Positions 57,296-64,000 of a stretch of DNA of 64,000 bases are shown piece by piece. Made by a program: the position numbers and the translations under genes. Position 1 is the stretch's first letter. The number at the start of each line of letters is the position of its first letter. A model generated the notes under the pieces. That model saw only the letters and a program-made list of their open reading frames with translations, was not told the origin of the DNA and made no database searches. This DNA comes from Dehalococcoidia bacterium (GTDB taxonomy: Bacteria; Chloroflexota; Dehalococcoidia; UBA6926): the NCBI GenBank assembly GCA_963666115.2, contig CAXXET010000003.1, positions 32,497 to 96,496 on the forward strand. The letters run 5' to 3'.

Positions 57296-58254
57296 CTACA
57301 CCATCCGTTGGGAGCGGCCCTGGGCGCGGCGTTGCCGGGGCGCGCGGCGGAACGTGGGGGACTGAGAAAGGCCGAGTTGTGGTATCGCGGGGCCGTTGCC
57401 GTTCAGGATGTCCTCGACGGTGGCGATCTGGACGCGCGGAAATTGGCGGTCCGGGTAGGCTTCCGGCGTGTAGAATCCGGCGGACGCAGCCTCATCGTTC
57501 ATCGGTTTGGTCGGCGGCTCGAGGGTGATGAGCACGGACATCTCCGCGTTCTCGCGCTCCATGACACCGCGCAGATCCCTCACAATGTTGCTGCCCACCC
57601 TGCCGCTCTTGACTTGCACGATGACGCTCTTGGCCTTGCCGGAGTTGTCGTCGAAGAAGTTGATATAGCCGTCGATGCCGGAGTCTGCGCCCTTGCGCCG
57701 GTCATTTGCAGGGCGGGCCTCAACGAGGCCGAGCGCCCAATACTCGAACTGGTAGCGGCCCGTGTTGCCGCCCTCAAGCGAGAGTGCGCGGGCGCTTTCA
57801 GCGTCCGCAGGCGAGCCGACGACCTCATAGTCGGACAGGTCATCGCCGAACGAGTCGCGCAGGCGGCTGCGCATGAGAGAGATGGCGAGATGCGTGACGT
57901 CGATGCCGATCCAGCGCCGCTTGAGCCGCTCCGCGACGGCGATGGCTGTGCCGCAGCCGCAGAACGGATCGAGGACAACGTCGCCCTCATTGCTGGACGC
58001 GGAGATGATGCGCTCTAGCAGTGCCTCGGGTTTCTGAGTTGGGTAGCCGAGGCGTTCTTTGGCTTGAGCACCCACAGGCTGGATATCATTCCAAGTTGAC
58101 TGCACCGGCATTTCTGGACTGGTCTCGTCCAGATACCGCTTTCGTTGAGGAACCTTGCCTTTAGGCGGCCAATACACTAGCCCCAACTCATCCAGTATTT
58201 CCAGTTTCTCTTGGGTAGTCAGTGTCCCAATGTCGCGATCCGTGCCTTCAATTA
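57296..58254 (-). pseudogene. C-terminal half of an IS-interrupted DNA methyltransferase-Mrr-type nuclease fusion
   Basis: [39 protein letters not shown]. Confidence 0.88.
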
Positions 58255-58338
58255 GGGGATTATATCGAATAGTTGACAAAGCACGCGGATTCCTTTATCG
58301 TTGACTCATAGCGTAGTTGACGGGAGGAGGGGATTGAA

Positions 58339-58551
58339 ATGAAGAAGCGTAGGCGAGGCGTACTGCGAATGAAGAGCCCGATACGCATGATGGGGGCAAT
58401 TGGAATCTCAACGTTCCTCTTGGCATGGTTGCAGTTGAGTTCGGAGCCGGGGGAGCTGTCAACGATGATCGTTGTGGTGGCGGCAGCCGTCACTCTCACC
58501 TGGTCCGTCTTCGAGGCCGCGGCTTTCTGGCGTTCCATGCGGTGGGAGTAG
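58339..58551 (+). CDS. Small 2-TM passenger protein
   Basis: GGAGG RBS and two hydrophobic stretches, inside the IS. Confidence 0.45.
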   Translation: MKKRRRGVLRMKSPIRMMGAIGISTFLLAWLQLSSEPGELSTMIVVVAAAVTLTWSVFEAAAFWRSMRWE

Positions 58552-58553
58552 GA

Positions 58554-59519
58554 ATGACACACAGCGCGCCTGGACGGTCAGACCGTGAGGGGATCACCCT
58601 CTTGCAGCTGGCCGACATGTTCCCCACAGAGGATTCAGCCCGCACGTGGTTTGAGTCCATCGTCTGGCCGGACGGTCAGCGCGAATGCCCGCGTTGCGGG
58701 AGTGCGGACACGCACGAAACGACTCACAAGACAATGCCGTACCGTTGCCGCGAATGCCGCTCATATTTCAGCGTCAAGACGGGTACGGCCATGGAAGGGT
58801 CAAAAATCCCGCTCCGCAAGTGGGTGTACGCCATCTACCTTGACGTATCCAGTCTCAAAGGCGTGTCCAGCATGAAGCTTCACCGTGACTTGGGCATCGG
58901 GCAGAAGGCGGCGTGGTTCATGCAGCAGCGAATCCGAGAGGCATTCGCCAATCGCGGCCCCGCCGGTCAATTCGCCGGCCCCGTTGAGGTGGATGAGACG
59001 TACATCGGCGGGCTGGAAAGCAACAAGCATGAGGCTGATCGTCTCCATGCCGGGCGCGGCCCTGTGGGCAAGTCCCCTGTGGTGGGTATGCGTGATAGAG
59101 AGACCGGCCAGGTCAAGGCGCAACACGTGAACAGCGTCGATGCTGAGACGTTGCAGGGATTCGTCCACATGGAGACGCGGTATGAATCGACCGTCTACAC
59201 GGACGACGCGGCGGCCTATCGCGGGCTGAACCGCAAACATGAAACCGTCAAGCACTCCGTCGGGGAATACGTCAACGGGCAGGCGCACACGAACGGGATA
59301 GAGTCGTTCTGGGCAATGCTCAAGCGCGGGTATCACGGAACGTTCCACCACTTCTCGGCCAAGCATCTACAGCGATATGTCAACGAGTTCGCAGGCCGCC
59401 ACAACATCCGCGACCACGACACGCTCACCCAAATGGGGATCGTTGCAATCGCGCTCAGGGGCAGGCGTCTTGCCTACAGGGAGCTGGTTGGGCAGTATAT
59501 GATCAAAGTTGGGGAATAG
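58554..59519 (+). CDS. IS1595 family transposase
   Basis: CPRCGS..YRCREC zinc ribbon, VEVDETYIGG, VYTDD, HTNGIESFW, LQRYVNEF. Confidence 0.95.
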   Translation: MTHSAPGRSDREGITLLQLADMFPTEDSARTWFESIVWPDGQRECPRCGSADTHETTHKTMPYRCRECRSYFSVKTGTAMEGSKIPLRKWVYAIYLDVSSLKGVSSMKLHRDLGIGQKAAWFMQQRIREAFANRGPAGQFAGPVEVDETYIGGLESNKHEADRLHAGRGPVGKSPVVGMRDRETGQVKAQHVNSVDAETLQGFVHMETRYESTVYTDDAAAYRGLNRKHETVKHSVGEYVNGQAHTNGIESFWAMLKRGYHGTFHHFSAKHLQRYVNEFAGRHNIRDHDTLTQMGIVAIALRGRRLAYRELVGQYMIKVGE

Positions 59520-59561
59520 AAGGGGGGACGGGGGAAGGCCGCGCTGGCCGAGGAGTGGGTT

Positions 59562-60509
59562 ATGCCTAAGCGTGCTACTAAGCGTGTTCTGCGGAACGTA
59601 AAGCGGGATGGCTTGGCGTTCCTAAAGCGGGAGATCATGGATGAGTTCCCCGAAAGGGACGAGTTCCTCAAGGGCAGCAAGGAGAAACTCAGCGAACTAA
59701 GCGGCAATCTGGACAAGATTCGCGAACAAGCTTTTGCAGGTGACTACGATGCTGCCCGCCAGGGCGCCATCAAGGTGAACCATGCCGCCTTTGACCTAAT
59801 GGAACCATTGGGCAGGGACATAGACGACGTAGAACGAAGGCACAGAGAGGCAACAGCCGGCTTCTCGCAGTTCCCTCCGCGTTTGGATCGAGCCGAGCTA
59901 CTCCCGGAAAAACATGATTTTTATGACGCATTGGATCATATCGCCGGCGAGGCGGAGGACTGGGTAAAGAGAATCAACGCGCGGCCTGTCCGAGACGAAT
60001 CGGGGCGATGGTCCGAGAAGGACATGGAGCAGTTTGAGCGTGATGCGCGCCGCCTTGAACACATAGACAACGCACTGTACTCCCGTAAGGCCAAGGCAAG
60101 GAAGGAAGACTTGTGGAACCGCGCGCTGAACTCCCTTGAGGAGATGGACGGGGAAAATGAGAAGCAACGAGAGAAAATGCGGGAGGAGAGAAAGTACATT
60201 CTGCTGCGCAGCGGAGAAATACTGCGCGACCAGGAGGGTAGCCCAAAGATGACAGAGCGGCGTGGGACTGGGCCGATGCCGCTCCTCGATTCACATAGGC
60301 GCGCCAGGATTAGGAAGCCGCCGGCGAGAAGCAAAGAACTCACTGCGGATGCCGCATTGGCGCGTGATAACAAGAAGGCGGACGTCGGGAAGGCTGATAG
60401 CGTGAGAGATCGCCGGGGCGCAGTGACGGATAAGGGGCTGCGCGCCAATGCTCGCGCGGCGATGGGTGGGGGAAAATCGCGCCGCCAAGCCCCGAGGGGA
60501 AAGAGGTAG
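59562..60509 (+). CDS. Hypothetical charged helical passenger protein
   Basis: 315-aa ORF with GAGGAG RBS inside the IS ends. Confidence 0.6.
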   Translation: MPKRATKRVLRNVKRDGLAFLKREIMDEFPERDEFLKGSKEKLSELSGNLDKIREQAFAGDYDAARQGAIKVNHAAFDLMEPLGRDIDDVERRHREATAGFSQFPPRLDRAELLPEKHDFYDALDHIAGEAEDWVKRINARPVRDESGRWSEKDMEQFERDARRLEHIDNALYSRKAKARKEDLWNRALNSLEEMDGENEKQREKMREERKYILLRSGEILRDQEGSPKMTERRGTGPMPLLDSHRRARIRKPPARSKELTADAALARDNKKADVGKADSVRDRRGAVTDKGLRANARAAMGGGKSRRQAPRGKR

Positions 60510-60514
60510 GCGTG

Positions 60515-60649
60515 ATGGCATCAAAAGACGCACGAACCGAGGGACTGAAAGCAGACTACGGGGATGCGACGCCAGAGCAGGTGGCAGAGGCAGTCCTAAC
60601 GTACCGGCCCAAGCCGCCCAGCAAGCCCCAGCCCGAACCTGTCAACTAA
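60515..60649 (+). CDS. Small IS-terminal ORF (44 aa)
   Basis: Hand translation MASKDARTEGLKADYGDATPEQVAEAVLTYRPKPP..; stop lies in the right IR. Confidence 0.45.
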   Translation: MASKDARTEGLKADYGDATPEQVAEAVLTYRPKPPSKPQPEPVN

Positions 60650-60663
60650 TGGATATAATCCCC

Positions 60664-61434
60664 TTCAATTAGGGGAGCGGCGGGAACAGCCCAATGCCGC
60701 CCCACATCTGTGGGATTTATCCCGCGCCAAGGTTCGCCGGAGTCGCCATGTCGGACACCTGCGCCCGTCAGATCGGAGAGTCTGTATCGCCCCTTATCGT
60801 CCTCATGCCGGTAGAAACGGTCGATGTATTTCTCGTCGTAGTCTTGAAAGACTTGGTTCCACTTGTATTGAGACGATTTGGCATAGAAGAGAAGAATGTC
60901 GTGGTTCGGCCCATACCTATTCGCGCTGTTGTGGGCAGAAGTTCGCTTCCAAATTATCTCGTTGCGAAAGTTGGTATTGCCGAACACGGCGTCCATGAGG
61001 AGCTTGAGGTAGTGGCTGGCGGTGGGGTCACAGTGGAGGTAGATGCTGCCCGTCGGCTTGAGGACGCGGTGCAGTTCCACCATGCGCGGGGCCATCATGG
61101 TGAGGTAGGCCATCATGTCGTTCTGGCCGAGGAATGTTCGCATGGCCTGCAAGAGCCCTGCCAGCGGTCCCCCGGCATTCTCGGTGATGGTCTGCTGATA
61201 TGTCCATTCGGCGTCCGTGTTCCAGTGCCAGGTGTCGTCGAATGCCTGGATCTGGGCGGCAGATTCGCTGCTGTCGTGCTCTCGGAACAGGACGTTGTAG
61301 GTGGCGTTGGAGTTGAAGGGCGGATCGAGGTAGATGAGATCGACAGACTCATCTGGGATGTGCTCCCGCATGATGGGGAGGTTGTCTCCGAAGTGGAGTT
61401 TGCTGCGCCAAGCGGATGGGGTTGGGTGAGTCAC
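60664..61434 (-). pseudogene. N-terminal half of the IS-interrupted DNA methyltransferase (beta class N6/N4)
   Basis: GDNL, DLIYLDPPFNS, GSIYLHCD, FRNEIIWKR. Confidence 0.88.
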
Positions 61435-61482
61435 GGTCTTACTCCAGTTTCGCGAATCAGGTTGAGGGGCTTGGTTGCCAGC

Positions 61483-62538
61483 CTATTCGTCGTCGAGTGT
61501 TGTGAGGAATGCGTTCGAGGTTCTCTCGGCGAGGTTTGTCAATATCATGCTTCGCAGGACATCGTCGGCATTCGATCTCGTTCCGAGTAGCGCAAGCGCC
61601 GAGTCACAAAGAGAATTCGCGGTCGCAAATCCCGGATCGCCCAGCCCTACGACGCTAGGGCCGGTCAGAATGTTCTTACTAGAATGCTTGCCAAGTCCCA
61701 ACCGGTATTCAGTACCGTGGGAGGATGCGTGCACATTCTCGCTGGCCGACCTGAAGTGTGAGCGCCAGAGCTCCAAGCTAAGGTGCTCATTAATCTTGAC
61801 TTGCCTTTCGATGTCCCTCAGATTTGGGTTGTCCTTGCCGATGGCCTCGGCCGCCCATCCGTAGTCGTTCTTGAAGGGGGAGCCGTAGCGTTCAATCAGA
61901 TCATCACGTTTCAACTCAAGCCGCCTGAGGTACTCACTCTGCTCCGGTTCCTCTGCAAGCATACGCGTCTGTTCCGTATCCGCAAGAATTTGCTTGTATC
62001 GCTGTATAGTTCCGTGCTCGCGATACCTTTCCGCAAGTGCTGCTCCTCCCTCTTTGATGAATCGAGCTATCACCGATGTTTCGTGCAGTGTACGCCACCG
62101 TGCATCTGCGTCATCCGGGTATCCTGAACGTAGCAACAGATGTATGGCAGAGGATGTCTGACAAGCTCTTGCATGCAGTTCGGTGAGCACCGTGAGCAGC
62201 AAACGCTCACCATCGTCTGCCAAGACTGCTATCCGCTCCTTGTAGAAATCCCTGCCGAATTGCTCGGCCAAGACAATCAGGAGGTCAAGAAGGCGCAGAG
62301 GTTCACTCCATTTGGCGCGAATCGTGTCCTTAACGCCGTGATGGTGGGCGTGCCATAGCCTCAGCGGCTCGTATGAAGTAGACTTGATGTCGGAGAGCAT
62401 AGCTTCGATGGTGGGATCCCTGACGTCCCAATCTCTGCCAGCAAGGTCAGTCCTATAGTCGTCTAGAGTGCCGGAGTAGCCCTCACGCTCACGGGCCGCT
62501 TCCAACGCCGCACGCAGAACTTCATTTATCGTTTCCAT
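61483..62538 (-). CDS. Hypothetical protein, DUF5677-like
   Basis: ARWRTLHE, YGWA, ASENVH motifs; family call from recall only. Confidence 0.55.
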   Translation of the reverse strand: METINEVLRAALEAAREREGYSGTLDDYRTDLAGRDWDVRDPTIEAMLSDIKSTSYEPLRLWHAHHHGVKDTIRAKWSEPLRLLDLLIVLAEQFGRDFYKERIAVLADDGERLLLTVLTELHARACQTSSAIHLLLRSGYPDDADARWRTLHETSVIARFIKEGGAALAERYREHGTIQRYKQILADTEQTRMLAEEPEQSEYLRRLELKRDDLIERYGSPFKNDYGWAAEAIGKDNPNLRDIERQVKINEHLSLELWRSHFRSASENVHASSHGTEYRLGLGKHSSKNILTGPSVVGLGDPGFATANSLCDSALALLGTRSNADDVLRSMILTNLAERTSNAFLTTLDDE

Positions 62539-62658
62539 TGTCAAAGCATCCTTTCCATCAGTGATTGCGCTTGCGGTTCTGGGTTAGTATCTGACGCTAA
62601 GCAGCGCCTGCCTAGCACACCAACCCAATGTAGCACGTTCGTACACATTGCGCCATTT

Positions 62659-62990
62659 GGATTCTTCGCTGCGCTCAGAATGACGTTCCCGATGGATTCC
62701 GGCTTTCGCCGGAATGAGGGGCGGGGCTGGGTTCCCGCTTTCGCGGGAAAGAGAGAGGGGGCGGCGTTACAGGGTTTGGTTGGCGATATGTGATTCAGAT
62801 TCCCGCGTGCGCGGGAATGACGGAGGGGGGACCCTTCGACGGGGCTCAGGGTGAGCGGGGGGTGTGGCGCTGCGGGTCACGCGATGGATTCCGGCCTACG
62901 CCGGAATGACGGAGGGGGACGGGATGACCGAGGGGGACGGAATGACCGAGGTGGGGGGGATGACGGGGGTGGGGGGGATGACGGGGGTGG
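62659..62990. repeat. REP cluster in reverse orientation relative to the left-hand clusters
   Basis: GATTCTTCGCTGCGCTCAGAATGAC, GGATTCCGGCTTTCGCCGGAATGA, CCCTTCGACGGGGCTCAGGGTGA, GATGACGGGGG. Confidence 0.85.
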
Positions 62991-62999
62991 GGGGAGGCG

Positions 63000-63028
63000 T
63001 TGACCTAATGGGGTGGGGCGGGGATACT
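63000..63028 (+). promoter_or_regulatory. SRP RNA promoter
   Basis: TTGACC-17bp-GATACT, about 7 nt before the RNA 5' end. Confidence 0.72.
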
Positions 63029-63035
63029 TGGGTTT

Positions 63036-63309
63036 GAGGTCATGCTAGGCGGGGAGCCAGCGGTGCCCTGTACTCGCAATCCGCTCTAGCGAGGCTGAAT
63101 TCCCTCTTGAGGGCTGTGGTCCGAATGACGCGAGGCGCTCATACGATGTTGATGTTCGGGTCCCGTGCGACGGAGGCGTCTGAATCTCGCCAGGTCCGGA
63201 AGGAAGCAACGATAAGGAATGTCCTCCGGGCGCCGCGGGAGCGCCTGGGCTGAGTCGCGTGACCGTTTCGTCCATCCGGTATCCGGTTCGAGAGGGGGTG
63301 CATGGCCTC
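63036..63309 (+). ncRNA. ffs: Large bacterial SRP RNA (Bacillus type, with Alu domain)
   Basis: GCTAGGCGGGGAG..GCGGTGCCCTGTA..GCAATCCGCTCTAGC 5' domain; CAGGTCCGGAAGGAAGCA helix 8; complementary ends. Confidence 0.92.
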
Positions 63310-64000
63310 TTCTAAACGCCCTCGCCTGAACAAGGCGCTTGGGCAGCATCTGCTGGTCAGCGACGGGGTGCTCGACAGCATTGTTGGGGCCGCCGAGCTA
63401 TCGGGCGACGATCTTGTCGTGGAGGTCGGCCCGGGCACCGGCCTTTTGACCCGCCGACTGCTTGAAATTGCGGGGCATGTTATTGCGGTTGAGATTGACG
63501 CGGACATGGTCGATCAGGCGCGCGCGATGCTATCCGAACACCAAAACATGACGCTCGTACACGGCGACATTCGAGACCAATCACCGGCGGATTTGACGGG
63601 CGGAAAGCCCTATGTCGTTGTCGCAAATCTGCCCTATTACGTCGCGTCCCCCACCGTTCGCCTGTTCCTGGAATCCGACCACCCACCGCAGCGCATGGTG
63701 GTGATGGTGCAGCGGGAGGTGGCGCAGCAGATGACAGCTCCTGCGGGCAAATCAAGCCTGCTGACAATCGCCACGCAGGTGTTCGCGGACGCCCGAATCC
63801 TCAGGCGCGTCAGGCCCGGCAGCTTTGTCCCCACTCCCGGCGTTGAGTCGGCTGTCGTCCGGCTGGACGTCCTGCCGGAGCCGCGCGTCTCCAACGATCA
63901 GCAGCCGCACTTCTTCGGCGTCACGCGCGCCGGGTTCAGCGCTCCCCGCAAGCAGCTGCGAAACTCGCTGGCCGGCGGGCTTGGCACCGAGCCGGAGTTC
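63302..64000 (+). CDS. rsmA: 16S rRNA adenine dimethyltransferase (runs off window end)
   Basis: Hand translation KALGQHLL, VVEVGPGTGLLT, AVEID, VVANLPYY, MVQREVA. Confidence 0.95.
   Translation, partial: MASSKRPRLNKALGQHLLVSDGVLDSIVGAAELSGDDLVVEVGPGTGLLTRRLLEIAGHVIAVEIDADMVDQARAMLSEHQNMTLVHGDIRDQSPADLTGGKPYVVVANLPYYVASPTVRLFLESDHPPQRMVVMVQREVAQQMTAPAGKSSLLTIATQVFADARILRRVRPGSFVPTPGVESAVVRLDVLPEPRVSNDQQPHFFGVTRAGFSAPRKQLRNSLAGGLGTEPEF

Larger units (their letters stand above)
58255..60663 (+). mobile_element. IS1595-family element with passenger genes (2409 bp)
   Basis: 24-bp terminal IRs GGGGATTATATC.A.TAGTTGACA (22/24); 8-bp TSD TTCAATTA at 58247-58254 and 60664-60671. Confidence 0.93.

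Noticed and set aside
57152-62644. Shared CGTTCGTAC 9-mer at both ends of the MTase region, as a LexA box or att site
   Set aside because: Too short and does not fit a GAAC-N4-GTTC palindrome

Overview
High-GC bacterial chromosomal window, probably Chloroflexota (Dehalococcoidia/SAR202-like, possibly a host-associated symbiont). This taxonomy is inferred from the large Bacillus-type SRP RNA, Pro/Thr-linker lipoproteins, many leaderless genes, a giant cadherin protein, an IS1595 with passenger genes and dense palindromic repeats. Core genes (aroE partial, ruvX, alaS, folC, fabF, frameshifted acnA, hemW, selB, nurA-HAS-lysR-herA-alkA, leucine dehydrogenase plus livHMGF, riboswitch-controlled B12 ABC importer, NAD-dependent fdh, SRP RNA, rsmA partial) are interleaved with accessory cargo: toxin-antitoxin pairs, a type IIG R-M enzyme, an IS1595-interrupted MTase-Mrr fusion and a PD-(D/E)xK protein. 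The most striking pattern is that cargo repeatedly sits between imperfect direct duplicates of the promoter or 5' end of a neighbouring core gene. The selB promoter plus 18 codons occurs three times, the SRP promoter twice, the SDR promoter twice, and there is a degenerate fourth case. No integrase is present. Several of these sites carry oriented CGTC-type REP clusters and strong local A/C-versus-G/T strand skew. Also notable are a TusA-DsrE-(TusA::MetE-like) cluster with in-frame REP insertions and an SRP RNA whose closing helix covers the rsmA start codon.
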